Origin: an uncultured Candidatus Rokubacteria bacterium
GTDB lineage: Bacteria; Methylomirabilota; Methylomirabilia; Rokubacteriales; CSP1-6
Direction: 5' to 3'
Length of the DNA: 64,000 nt
Assembly (NCBI GenBank): GCA_963758635.1
Contig: CAVWWD010000003.1
Coordinates: forward strand, 896,001-960,000
Part shown: piece after piece, positions 20,024 through 29,423 of the stretch
Layout: each line of letters opens with the position of its first letter
Numbering within the stretch: position 1 is the stretch's first letter
Position numbers and translations under genes: made by a program
The notes under the pieces: generated by a model
Told to the model about the DNA's origin: nothing
What the model saw: only the letters and a program-made list of their open reading frames with translations
The model's database searches: none

Positions 20024-21500
20024 ATGGCCGCCACGCGTCCGAGTTACGACAAGCTGATCTTCGAGCTGTCCGCGCCGGGGCGGTTCGCCCACTCGCTGCC
20101 CGCCGCCGACGTGCCGGTGACGGATCCCGCCGCGCTCCTGCCCGCCGCCTTCGTGCGGCCGGCCCCGCCCGAGCTGCCCGAGGTGTCCGAGGTGGACGTG
20201 GTCCGCCACTACTCGCGCCTGTCGCAGATGAACTACGGGCTCGACACGCACTTCTACCCGCTCGGCTCCTGCACGATGAAGTACAACCCGAAGATCAACG
20301 AGGACATGGCGCGCCTGCCCGGCTTCGCGCGGCTGCACCCGCTCACCCCCGCGGCGGCCGCGCAGGGCGCGCTCCAGGTCATGCACGAGCTGGCCCGGGA
20401 CCTCGCCGAGGTCTCGGGCATGGATCACGTCTCGCTCCAGCCCGCGGCGGGGGCGCAGGGCGAGCTGGCCGGCGTGCTGATGATCCGCGCCTGGCACCTC
20501 TCCCGCGGCGAGCGGCGCCACAAGGTCCTCGTCCCGGACTCCGCGCACGGCACCAACCCCGCCACCACCGCGCTCGCCGGCTTCCAGGTGGTCGAGCTCA
20601 CGTCCGAGGCGACCGGCGAGGTCGACCTCGGCGACCTCGAGAAGAATCTGTCCGAGGACGTGGCCGCGTTCATGATCACGCAGCCGAACACGCTCGGCAT
20701 GTTCGAGTCGCGGATCCACGCAGATCACCGAGATGTGCCACGCCCGCGGCGTCCAGGTGTACATGGACGGGGCGAACTTCAACGCGATCCTCGGCATCAC
20801 GCGCCCGGGCGACCTCGGCTTCGACGTGTGCCACTTCAACCTGCACAAGACGTTCACGACGCCGCACGGGGGCGGCGGGCCGGGCGCGGGCCCGGTGGGC
20901 GTGAAGGCGCACCTCGCGCCGTTCCTGCCCACGCCGGTCGTGGCGCAGCGCGCGGACGGCGCCTACGACCTCGACTGGCGACGGCCGCAGTCCATCGGCA
21001 AGCTCGTCACGTTCTGGGGCCACTTCGGCATGTTCGTGCGCGCCCTCGCCTACATCCGCACCATGGGCGGAGACGGGCTGCGCGCGGTGTCCGACAACGC
21101 CGTCCTCAACGCCAACTACGTGCTCCGGCGCCTCGAGGGCCACTACGACCGCTCGGCTCCCGGGCCGTGCATGCACGAGTGCGTCGTGTCGGCGCGGCGC
21201 CAGAAGAAGCTCGGCGTCACCGCCATGGACATCGCCAAGCGGCTCCTGGACCTGGGCTTCTACGCGCCCTCGACGTACTTCCCGCTGATCGTCGAGGAAG
21301 CGCTGATGATCGAGCCCACCGAGACGGAGTCCCGGGAGACCCTCGACGCGTTCTGTGACGCCCTGGTGCAGATCGCGCGCGAGGCCGAGACCGACCCCGC
21401 GGTCATCCACGAGGCTCCGGTGACCACGCCGGTGCGGCGGCTCGACCAGACGCTGGCCGCGCGGCGGCCGGTGCTGCGGTGGACGCCGCCCGCCCGGTGA
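20024..21500 (+). CDS. gcvPB: Glycine dehydrogenase subunit 2 (one frameshift near 20720)
   Basis: [12 protein letters not shown] and HGTNPA in one frame; YMDGAN and [15 protein letters not shown] (PLP Lys) in the next. Confidence 0.93.
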
Positions 21501-22352
21501 CGCGCTTCCGCCTGCTCGTCACGGAGCCCCTCGACGGCGCCTGGAACATGGCGCTGGACGAGGCGCTCCTCCAGAGCCGGCTCGACGGCGACGGGGCGCC
21601 CACGCTGCGGTTCTTCGGCTGGTCGCCCCCCACCGTGTCGCTCGGCTTCGGACAGCGCCTCGAAGCGCGGCATCGACCATGACGCCATCCGCCGTCTCGG
21701 ACTGGGGTTGGTCCGGCGGCCGACGGGTGGGAGCGCCATCCTCCACGAGGGCCCGGACCTCGAGCTGACCTACAGCGTGATCGCGGGCGCCGCCGACTTC
21801 CCCGGCGCCGACGACCTGCTGGGCACGTACCGCTGGATCGGCGACGGCCTCTGCGCGGGCCTCGCAGCGCTCGGCGCGCCGGTGGAGATGGTGCCGGCGC
21901 AGCCGTCCGATCCCGCGACGATGCCCGCCTTCTGCTTCGCGCGAACGGGCTCGTACGAGCTCGAGGTGGCGGGGAAGAAGCTCGTCGGCAGCGCCCAGCG
22001 CCGCCAGGGCCGCGCGTTCCTTCAGCACGGCGCCATCATGCTCGGCGCCGACCCGGCCCGGCTCCGCCAGGTGTTCACGGGGGCGGCCGATCCGCTCGGC
22101 GGCATGACCACGCTCGAGGCCGTGCTCGGCCGCCGCCCGACGTTCGGCGAGGTGGCGGAGAAGCTCGCCGAGGGCATGGCCTCCGCCCACGGCATCGAGG
22201 TCGCGCCGGGCGGGCTCTCCGAGCGCGAGATGGCGGTGGCCGCGGGGCTCGTGGACGGAAAGTACGGCGCCGCGGAGTGGACGCGCGCGGGGCGCGTCGT
22301 CACCGACCTCGCGCGCGTGTCCGCCGGCTCGGCGACCGAGGGCGCCCGATGA
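21497..22352 (+). CDS. Lipoate-protein ligase / octanoyltransferase (LipM/LplA family); frameshift near 21665
   Basis: [40 protein letters not shown]. Confidence 0.88.
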
Positions 22353-22822
22353 CCGACGCGCGGCGGGAATTCCCGGACGCGCCGCGCGTGGGCGTCGGCG
22401 GCGTCGTCCTGGACGACACGCGCGTGCTCCTCGTCCGGCGGGGCCGGCCGCCAGGCCAGGGGCGGTGGAGCATCCCCGGCGGGCTGGTGGGGCTGGGCGA
22501 GAGTCTCGAGGACGCGGTGGTGCGGGAGGTCGAGGAGGAGTCCGGCCTCCGCGTGCGCGTCCTCGGCCTGTGCGGCGTCATCGACCGCGTCATCCAGGAC
22601 GCCGACGCCGGCCGGGTCCGCTATCACTACGTCATCATCGACTATCTCTCCGTGGTCGAGGGCGGTCGCCTGTGCGCGGGGAGCGACGCCGCGGAGGCGC
22701 GCTGGGTCCCGGTGGACGCCCTCGGCGACTACGACATCACCGACGGGGTCGCGGACATGGTGCGGCGGGCCGTGCGCCTGCGCGCCGAGCTGTCACAGGC
22801 CTCCGCGGGAAAGGACAACTGA
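22349..22822 (+). CDS. NUDIX hydrolase
   Basis: Nudix box GGLVGLGESLEDAVVREVEEESGL. Confidence 0.9.
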   Translation: MTDARREFPDAPRVGVGGVVLDDTRVLLVRRGRPPGQGRWSIPGGLVGLGESLEDAVVREVEEESGLRVRVLGLCGVIDRVIQDADAGRVRYHYVIIDYLSVVEGGRLCAGSDAAEARWVPVDALGDYDITDGVADMVRRAVRLRAELSQASAGKDN

Positions 22823-22871
22823 TCATGAAGCTCTCTGTCGGAAGGGGACACCACTCATGAAGCTCTCCGTC
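22808..22871 (+). repeat. 32-nt tandem duplication of the pepA RBS and start, creating uORF MKLSVGRGHHS
   Basis: TCATGAAGCTCTC(T/C)GTCG at 22823 and 22855. Confidence 0.75.
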
Positions 22872-24353
22872 GAGACACGCGAGCCGGTGGAGGTTCGCGC
22901 CGATGCGCTCATCCTGGGCCGGTATGCCGGCGAGGCGCGTCCCGGCCCGGCGATCGCCGCCGTCGACGAGAAGGTCGGCGGGATGCTCCTGGCGGCGATG
23001 GGCGCCGAGAAGTTCGAGGGCAAGCCGGGACAGGTCAGCCAGGTCTTCGCGGGCGATCGGCTGCGCGCCCCGCGCGTCCTCGTGGTGGGGCTCGGGCCCC
23101 GCCGGGGTGGCGGCGCGGAGGCGGTGCGGCGCGCGGCCGCGACGGGAGCACGCCGCGCGCGGGACCTCGGGGCGGCGAATATCGCCATCGCCATGCCGCC
23201 CGACGGCCTCGACCCCCGGGCGCGCGCCCAGGCCGTCGTCGAGGGCGCGCTCCTGGGCACGTACCGCTTCGACAAGTACCTGAAGGAGAAGAGCACGAAG
23301 GTGCTCGAGGCGCTGACCGTGGTGGAGCCCGACCGGCGCCGCCACGCCGCGGCGCGGCAGGGCGTCCAGGTCGGCGAGGCGTGGGCGCATGCCACGGCCA
23401 CCACCCGTGACCTCGTGAACGAGCCGGCCAACGTCGTCACGCCGACGTACCTGGCCGAGCAGGCCCGGGCCATCGCCGAGGAAGGGGGCTGCCAGGTCGA
23501 GGTCCTCGACCGGGACGACTGCGGGAAGCTCGGCATGGGCGCGTACCTGGGCGTGGCGCAGGGGAGCCAGGAGCCGCCGCAGTTCATCCACCTCACCTAC
23601 ACGCCCCGGCAGCGCGCGCGGCGGCGGGTGGTGGTGATCGGCAAGGGGATCACGTTCGACTCCGGCGGGCTCGACCTGAAGAGCGCCGACGGCATGCTGC
23701 GCATGAAGGACGACATGTCGGGCGCGGCCGCCGTGCTCGGCATGTTCACGGCGCTGCCCCGGCTGCGCCTGCCCGTGGAGGTGCACGGGCTCGTCGCCGC
23801 CACCGAGAACATGCCGTCGGGGACGGCCCAGCGTCCCGGCGACATCGTGCGGGCCATGAACGGCACGACGATCGAGATCGGCAACACCGACGCGGAGGGC
23901 CGCTTGACCCTCGCGGACGCCCTCGCGTACGCCGCCCGCGAGATCAAGCCCGACGAGATGATCGACCTCGCCACCCTCACCGGGGCCGTGGTCGTCGCCC
24001 TCGGCCTCGGGGTGTCAGGCGTCTTCGGCTCGAACGACGGCTTCACCGGACGGGTGCTCGCCGCGGCGCAGGCCGCGGGGGAGCGGATGTGGCGGATGCC
24101 GCTCCACGACGAGTACAAGGAAGGCCTCAAGAGCGACGTGGCGGACCTGAACAACATCTCGAGCCAGCGCGGGGGCGGCGCGATCGTGGCCGCGCTGTTC
24201 ATGCGCGAGTTCACCGGCGGCCTCCCCTGGGTGCACATGGACATCGCGGGCACCGCGTTCGCCGAGCGCGAGTGGCCGCTCGGACCCAAGGGCGGGACGG
24301 GGGTGGCGGTGCGCACGCTGCTCGCGTACCTCACGAGCCTGGGCGGACGCTAG
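22857..24353 (+). CDS. pepA: Leucyl aminopeptidase (M17)
   Basis: GKGITFDSGG, MKDDMSGAA, NTDAEGRL, DLATLTGA, HMDIAG. Confidence 0.96.
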   Translation: MKLSVETREPVEVRADALILGRYAGEARPGPAIAAVDEKVGGMLLAAMGAEKFEGKPGQVSQVFAGDRLRAPRVLVVGLGPRRGGGAEAVRRAAATGARRARDLGAANIAIAMPPDGLDPRARAQAVVEGALLGTYRFDKYLKEKSTKVLEALTVVEPDRRRHAAARQGVQVGEAWAHATATTRDLVNEPANVVTPTYLAEQARAIAEEGGCQVEVLDRDDCGKLGMGAYLGVAQGSQEPPQFIHLTYTPRQRARRRVVVIGKGITFDSGGLDLKSADGMLRMKDDMSGAAAVLGMFTALPRLRLPVEVHGLVAATENMPSGTAQRPGDIVRAMNGTTIEIGNTDAEGRLTLADALAYAAREIKPDEMIDLATLTGAVVVALGLGVSGVFGSNDGFTGRVLAAAQAAGERMWRMPLHDEYKEGLKSDVADLNNISSQRGGGAIVAALFMREFTGGLPWVHMDIAGTAFAEREWPLGPKGGTGVAVRTLLAYLTSLGGR

Positions 24354-24382
24354 GCGCGGGCGCGCTCGAGCGAGGCCAGGGC

Positions 24383-25225
24383 ATGGGCGGAGCGGTCGAC
24401 CTGCACTCGCACACGACGGCGTCCGACGGCACGCTCACGCCGGAGGAGCTCGTGCGGGAGGCGGCCCGGCGCGGCGTCCGCGTCCTCGCCATCACCGACC
24501 ACGACTCCACCGAGGGCCTCGCCGCCGCCCTCGACGAGGCCGCGCGGCACCGGCCGCTCGAGATCGTCCCCGGCATCGAGATCAACTGCGACGTCGAGGG
24601 CGGCGAGGTCCACGTCCTGGGGTACTGCCTGGACTACCAGGCGCCATGGTTCCAGGAGTTCTGCCGGGCCCAGCGGGAGGAGCGGCGCGCGCGCGTCCAC
24701 CGCATGGCCGCGCGTCTCTCCGACCTCGGCATGCCGATCGACGCCGAGGAGGTCTTCGCCATCGTCCGTGAGGGCTCGGCGGGCCGGCCGCACGTGGCGC
24801 AGGTCATGGTCCGGCGCGGGTACGTGAAGACCGTCCGGGAGGCGTTCGATCGCTTCCTCGCCAGCGGGAAGCCCGGCCACGTGCCCCGGGCGAAGCTCGC
24901 CCCTGAAGGAGCGGTGCGCCTCATTCGTCGAGCCGGGGGGGTGCCGGTGTTCGCCCACCCGGGCCTCGGCGACCACGACGCCCTGATCCCCTCGATGGTC
25001 GAGGCGGGGCTGATGGGTATCGAGTGCTACTACAGCGAGCACTCCGCCGCCCAGACCGCCGGGTACGTCGAGACCTGCCGCCGCCTGCATCTGGTTGCAA
25101 CAGGGGGCTCGGACTTCCACGGCCCGAAGGTGCGCGCGGGTCATCTCGGCATCCCGTCGGTGCCGCTCGCCGTGTGGGAGTCCCTCAAGGCCAAGGCGGC
25201 CCTGGCCCGCGACTCCCAGCCCTGA
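24383..25225 (+). CDS. PHP-domain phosphoesterase (TrpH/YciV-like)
   Basis: DLHSHTTASDG, ITDHD, GRPHVA, AHPG, GGSDFHG. Confidence 0.92.
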   Translation: MGGAVDLHSHTTASDGTLTPEELVREAARRGVRVLAITDHDSTEGLAAALDEAARHRPLEIVPGIEINCDVEGGEVHVLGYCLDYQAPWFQEFCRAQREERRARVHRMAARLSDLGMPIDAEEVFAIVREGSAGRPHVAQVMVRRGYVKTVREAFDRFLASGKPGHVPRAKLAPEGAVRLIRRAGGVPVFAHPGLGDHDALIPSMVEAGLMGIECYYSEHSAAQTAGYVETCRRLHLVATGGSDFHGPKVRAGHLGIPSVPLAVWESLKAKAALARDSQP

Positions 25226-25380
25226 CGCTCCCCGCGGTCGCTCCGTCCCTCCCCACCGATTCTGCCGTGTAAGCCTTTCGCACATTGCTCGGTCGTGCGG
25301 GGGCGCCCAGCCCCTGGGCTAGAAGCCGCATCGCCACGCGCACTTCCGAGGCATCTGCGGCTGCCGCACCTGGCCTCTGG

Positions 25381-25396
25381 CGGCATGGTTCTTGCC
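25381..25396 (+). promoter_or_regulatory. sigma54-type promoter CGGCATG-N4-TTGC
   Basis: GG-N10-GC spacing about 30 nt upstream of ATG 25425. Confidence 0.5.
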
Positions 25397-25424
25397 CACG
25401 GGAAATCGCCAGGAGGTCTTCGCC

Positions 25425-25766
25425 ATGAGAATGATCACGACGATGGCGCTCATCGCGGCGCTCGGCCTGCTGCCGGCTGTAGGCGTGCGCGCCGCTGACG
25501 ACTCGAAGGTGAAGGAGCGCACCAACCAGGTCGAGGACGGCGCCAGGAAGATCGGCCAGGGCGAGGTCGGCCAGGGCGTCGGAGAGACGGCCAGGGGCGT
25601 CGGCGGCACGGTCGTGGAGGGCAGCAAGTACGTCGGCGAGAAGCTGAAGGAGTCCGGGCAGGCGGCCGAGCCGGCGGCCCGGTCCGCCTGGGAGCACACG
25701 CGGGACGGGGCCGTGTCCTTCGGCCGGAGCGTGAAGAGCTTCTTCACCCGGCTGTTCTCGAACTAA
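25425..25766 (+). CDS. Small secreted hypothetical protein
   Basis: AGGAGG RBS, signal peptide (VRA-A), amphipathic Gly/Lys/Glu-rich helices, GC3-biased codons. Confidence 0.75.
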   Translation: MRMITTMALIAALGLLPAVGVRAADDSKVKERTNQVEDGARKIGQGEVGQGVGETARGVGGTVVEGSKYVGEKLKESGQAAEPAARSAWEHTRDGAVSFGRSVKSFFTRLFSN

Positions 25767-25770
25767 TGGA

Positions 25771-25838
25771 GCCCCCGCGCACCAGACTCATGCCGAGCGG
25801 GGGGACTGTAGAGGCCCGTGGCGGTGACCGTATTCTGC
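25771..25838 (+). repeat. Dispersed repeat family C, copy 1
   Basis: Matches the reverse complement of 39974-40040 (core TGCCGAGCGG.GGGA.TGTAGAGGCCCGTGGCGGT.ACCGTAT.CTGC). Confidence 0.85.
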
Positions 25839-25894
25839 CCGGGTCACGAGCGTCGGGGTCCGGACGTACGACCAAAGGCCACCGGGATTAGTGG

Positions 25895-25924
25895 TTGACG
25901 CTGCCCGGGCCGACCGATTACCGT
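25895..25924 (+). promoter_or_regulatory. sigma70-like promoter TTGACG-N18-TACCGT upstream of rpsU
   Basis: Hexamer matches about 120 nt before the TTG start. Confidence 0.45.
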
Positions 25925-26045
25925 CATGGGGCCATACGGTCCCGGATGTTGCCGCTAAGTCGAGCAAGGAGCCGCCGGGGCCCGCACGCAGACGGTCGCT
26001 CCGCCTGCGCGCGCGAGATTTCGCGGATGGGGGGGAGCCAAGTTT

Positions 26046-26246
26046 TTGAAGATCGACGTCGTTGACAATCAGATCGAGTCCGCCCTGAAGGCCCTCAAGA
26101 AGCAGATGGTCAAGGAAGGGCTGTTCAAGGACATGAAGCGGCGGGAGTACTACGAGAAGCCGTCGGTGAAGCGGAAGCGGAAGCAGGCCGCCGCGCGGAA
26201 GAAGCGTCTCAAGGCCCTCAAGCGCTCGCAGGGCGACTCCGACTAG
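26046..26246 (+). CDS. rpsU: 30S ribosomal protein S21
   Basis: IESALKALKK...KRREYYEKPSVKRKRK; TTG start with GGGGAG RBS. Confidence 0.95.
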   Translation: MKIDVVDNQIESALKALKKQMVKEGLFKDMKRREYYEKPSVKRKRKQAAARKKRLKALKRSQGDSD

Positions 26247-26254
26247 TGCGACGG

Positions 26255-26288
26255 CACCGCCCCGGCCCGCGCCGGGGCGGTGTTCTCT
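26255..26288 (+). terminator. Intrinsic terminator-like hairpin after rpsU
   Basis: CACCGCCCCGGC-CCGC-GCCGGGGCGGTG followed by TTCTCT. Confidence 0.6.
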
Positions 26289-26323
26289 GCGCCCACCGCC
26301 GCGGGGACCACGTCCCGCGCGTT

Positions 26324-27175
26324 CTACGCGGCGTAGTTCGGAAACATCCTCGAAAAGACACCCGGCGCGCTCCGTCCCCGGAAGTACTCTATCTGCCGCG
26401 CCGAGTACTCCGGCCCGCCCCGGAACACGATGCTCGCCTGGGCGAGCGTGACGTCGGCCGCGGCCAGCGTCACCGCGGCGCGCCGGAACGACCCGCGCCG
26501 GTCCACCGCCGTGACCTCGTCGAAGCGGCCGAACGCCGCGAGCTCCGTCATCGGGGCGCGCGCCCCGGTGAGGGTGAGATCGATCCGGTTGGTGAGCCCG
26601 CCCTCCCGCATCGCCAGCGCGCCGAGCCACCAGGCGATCTCGTCGAGCACCACCGGCGCGAGCGCCGGATGGAGCGCCTGCGGGGTGCGCCACGCCGCCG
26701 ACGGCACGAAGCGGGCCCACACGCCCTCCGCGTCGAACGAGAGGCCTAGCTTGAGCCCGAGCGGGTTGACCGACCCGCAGGCGAGGCACTGCTCGGACAT
26801 GGGCAGGGGCCAGCCGCCCGCGCCGCCGCGCCACGGCGGCGCCGTCTCGGGTGCCAGCGCTCCGATCACCCGCACCGAGCCGGTGGTGAGCGGCTGCCCG
26901 GCGTCGAGGAAGCTCACGCTGACCGTTCCGTCCTGGACGTATCCCTCGAGCTCGAGCGGGGTCTCCACCGGCACCGACGAGGTGAGACGACCCTCGATCC
27001 GGCGCGCGCCCGCGGGGCCGCCGAGCCGCGCCGAGGCCTCGTCCAGCGCGGCCACGAGCCCGCCGCCATGGACGATGCCCGGCCAGCTCGACAGCTCCGA
27101 GGACGCGTGGAATCGCCCGCGTCCGTCGCCGCCGAGGCGCACCGCGCCGGCGAGCGCGGCGCCGATCGTCGTCAC
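26324..27175 (-). CDS. Double hotdog-fold thioesterase-like protein
   Basis: WPGIVHGGGLVAALDE and CLACGSVNPLGL...VVLDE PaaI-like motifs. Confidence 0.72.
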   Translation of the reverse strand: MTTIGAALAGAVRLGGDGRGRFHASSELSSWPGIVHGGGLVAALDEASARLGGPAGARRIEGRLTSSVPVETPLELEGYVQDGTVSVSFLDAGQPLTTGSVRVIGALAPETAPPWRGGAGGWPLPMSEQCLACGSVNPLGLKLGLSFDAEGVWARFVPSAAWRTPQALHPALAPVVLDEIAWWLGALAMREGGLTNRIDLTLTGARAPMTELAAFGRFDEVTAVDRRGSFRRAAVTLAAADVTLAQASIVFRGGPEYSARQIEYFRGRSAPGVFSRMFPNYAA

Positions 27176-27240
27176 GGTGAGGGTCGCGGGAGCGCCCGCC
27201 CGCCGCGCTCGTGTCCGGTCATGCTCGTGATTTTACGCTC

Positions 27241-27334
27241 GGGTTGTGATGGAACGCGGACGTTGGCTTCAGCGAGCGGGCTCATACCGCGATTCTGCGG
27301 ACTCGCGGCGTGCCGTCTCGCCCTTCATTCACGA
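27241..27334 (-). repeat. Dispersed repeat family B copy (left of MFS gene)
   Basis: Ungapped inverted match to 28624-28717, 67/94 identities by hand count. Confidence 0.8.
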
Positions 27335-27402
27335 TCTCCCGGTGGACCAGGATGGCGGTCGGGGATCGATCGCGAACGCGCGCCGGGGGCGCCCGCGCCG
27401 TG

Positions 27403-28629
27403 ATGCGGCCGCGTCAGCTCCTGGGGGGCCCCTTCGCCCGGGCCATGGTCACGAACTTCCTGTTCTTCGGGTGCCTGAACGGGTTCGTGCTCTTGCCGCT
27501 GTACATCCAGCAGCTGGGGGGCACCGAGGCGCAGATCGGGCTGGTGCAGGGGATGTACAGCGCGGCGGGCATCGTGTGCCAGCCCGTCATCGGCCTCTAC
27601 GTGGACCGGCTCGGCCGCCGGCTCTTCATGCTGATCGGCGCGGCGCTGCTCACCGGCGCCTCGGCGCTCTTCGTGGTGAGCGCCTCCATCCCGCTGTTCG
27701 CCGCCCTGCGGGTGCTCCACGGCGTGGCGTTCTCCACGTTCTTCGTCGCGAACTACATCCACGTGGTCGAGCTGGTGCCGCCGGAGCGGCGCGGCTGGGC
27801 GCTGGGCATCTACGGGCTCGCCGGCCTCCTGTCGACCGCGCTGGCCCCGCTGGTCGCGGAGTTCATCATCCGCCAGCTCGGCTTCCCCGCGGCGTTCTTC
27901 TTCTCGGCGCTGCTCGCCGCCGGCGCGCTCGGCATCCTGCTCAAGAGCCGCGACGCGCGCCCGCCGGCGCCCGGCGCGGGCCCGGGGCCCGAGGCCCTGG
28001 CCGAGATGGTCCGGGAGCTGCGGCGGCTGCACAACGGGCTCGCGTTCTTCTTCGGCCTCGGCACGGGGACGGTGTTCACGTTCCTGCCCACCTTCGCCGA
28101 GCAGCTCGGGGTGCGCGGGCTCGGCCTGTTCTACACGGCGTACGCCGGGGCCGCGATGGCCGTGCGGGTGGCGGGCGGCACGCTGATCGACGACCGTGGC
28201 CGGCGGGCGGTGATCGTGCCGTCGATGTTCGTGCAGACCTGCGCCACCGGCATCCTGGCCGCGCTGGCGATCCTGGTGACGCCCACGCTCGCCGTGCCGG
28301 TCCTGCCGTTCCTGTTCCTGGCCGGGCTCCTCGCCGGCGGCGCCCACGGCTTCCTCTATCCGGCGCTGTCGGCGCTCCTCATGGACGTGACGCCAGAGCG
28401 CCGGCGCGGCAGCGCGGTCGGCATCTTCAGCTCGGTCTTCCTGGTGGGCAACGCGATCGGCGCGATCGTGTTCGGCTACGTCGCGCACCGGCTCGGTTAC
28501 GCGCCCATGTGGGGGATGCTGGTCGCGCTGCTGACCGGGGGCTTCGCGTGGAGCTTGAAGCTGCCCGCGGCCGTGCCGCGTCGCATCGCGGCCCTGCCGC
28601 CGCACCGCGCGACGCCGGAGTCGTCGTAA
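27403..28629 (+). CDS. MFS transporter
   Basis: About 12 TM helices; motif A G.YVDRLGRR and G.LIDDRGRR. Confidence 0.92.
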   Translation: MRPRQLLGGPFARAMVTNFLFFGCLNGFVLLPLYIQQLGGTEAQIGLVQGMYSAAGIVCQPVIGLYVDRLGRRLFMLIGAALLTGASALFVVSASIPLFAALRVLHGVAFSTFFVANYIHVVELVPPERRGWALGIYGLAGLLSTALAPLVAEFIIRQLGFPAAFFFSALLAAGALGILLKSRDARPPAPGAGPGPEALAEMVRELRRLHNGLAFFFGLGTGTVFTFLPTFAEQLGVRGLGLFYTAYAGAAMAVRVAGGTLIDDRGRRAVIVPSMFVQTCATGILAALAILVTPTLAVPVLPFLFLAGLLAGGAHGFLYPALSALLMDVTPERRRGSAVGIFSSVFLVGNAIGAIVFGYVAHRLGYAPMWGMLVALLTGGFAWSLKLPAAVPRRIAALPPHRATPESS

Positions 28630-28717
28630 AGGCACGGCGACACGGCGCCGCCTGTGAACGCAGAAGCGCGGTGTTGTCCCGCATGGCGAAGTCGAAATCC
28701 GCGTTCCTTCACAACCC
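28624..28717 (+). repeat. Dispersed repeat family B copy (right of MFS gene)
   Basis: Inverted partner of 27241-27334; ends CCTTCACAACCC. Confidence 0.8.
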
Positions 28718-28795
28718 CGCAGTCGAGTTGACTTGCTCGGAGGGCGGCGGCAGGATACTGCGGGACGTCACCCTCGCGACACGGAGGACGATGCG

Positions 28796-29419
28796 ATGAT
28801 TGGAACGAACCGCCTGGGAACGGCCGGCGTCCTCCTGTCCAGACTCCTCGCACGCGTGGGCATGGTCGGCGCCCGGCCCGGCGCGGTGAAGCGCGTGGGC
28901 ACGCTCGGAGCGCTCCTGGCGTGCGCGGCGGCGCTGATGGCCGCCACCGGCAAGACCGACGCGCCGGCGCCCCGCGCGGGCGGGCCGCAGGAGGCCGAGG
29001 TCGTCGGCCTGCTCGTCCACCCGGACACGCAGCAGCCGCTCGTCGTGCTCCAGGGCAAGCGCGACCGGCGCGCCTTCGCCATGGCGATCGGGCCCGCGGA
29101 AGCCACCGGCATCGCCGTCCCGCTGCGCAAGATGACGCCGCCCCGCCCGCTCACCCACGACCTGTTCCTGACGCTCTTCGGCCGGCTCAACGTGGCGGTC
29201 AAGCGCGTGGTGATCACCGACCTGCGCGACAACGTGTACTACGCCACGCTGTTCCTCACCGCGGGCGGCAACGAGCTCGCGCTGGACTCGCGCCCCTCCG
29301 ATGCCATCGCGCTGGCCATCCGCGCCAAGGCGCCCGTGTACGTGGAGGAGCGCGTGTTCGAGAAGTCCGAGCGCATCGATCCCGCGCCGACCGACCCGGC
29401 GTCGGGGCCGAGGATCTGA
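28796..29419 (+). CDS. Bifunctional nuclease (DUF151) family protein with N-terminal hydrophobic segment; start uncertain (ATG 28796 or GTG 28886)
   Basis: IGPAEATGI, PPRPLTHDL, VYYATL, LDSRPSDAIALA. Confidence 0.85.
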   Translation: MIGTNRLGTAGVLLSRLLARVGMVGARPGAVKRVGTLGALLACAAALMAATGKTDAPAPRAGGPQEAEVVGLLVHPDTQQPLVVLQGKRDRRAFAMAIGPAEATGIAVPLRKMTPPRPLTHDLFLTLFGRLNVAVKRVVITDLRDNVYYATLFLTAGGNELALDSRPSDAIALAIRAKAPVYVEERVFEKSERIDPAPTDPASGPRI

Positions 29420-29423
29420 GCGC

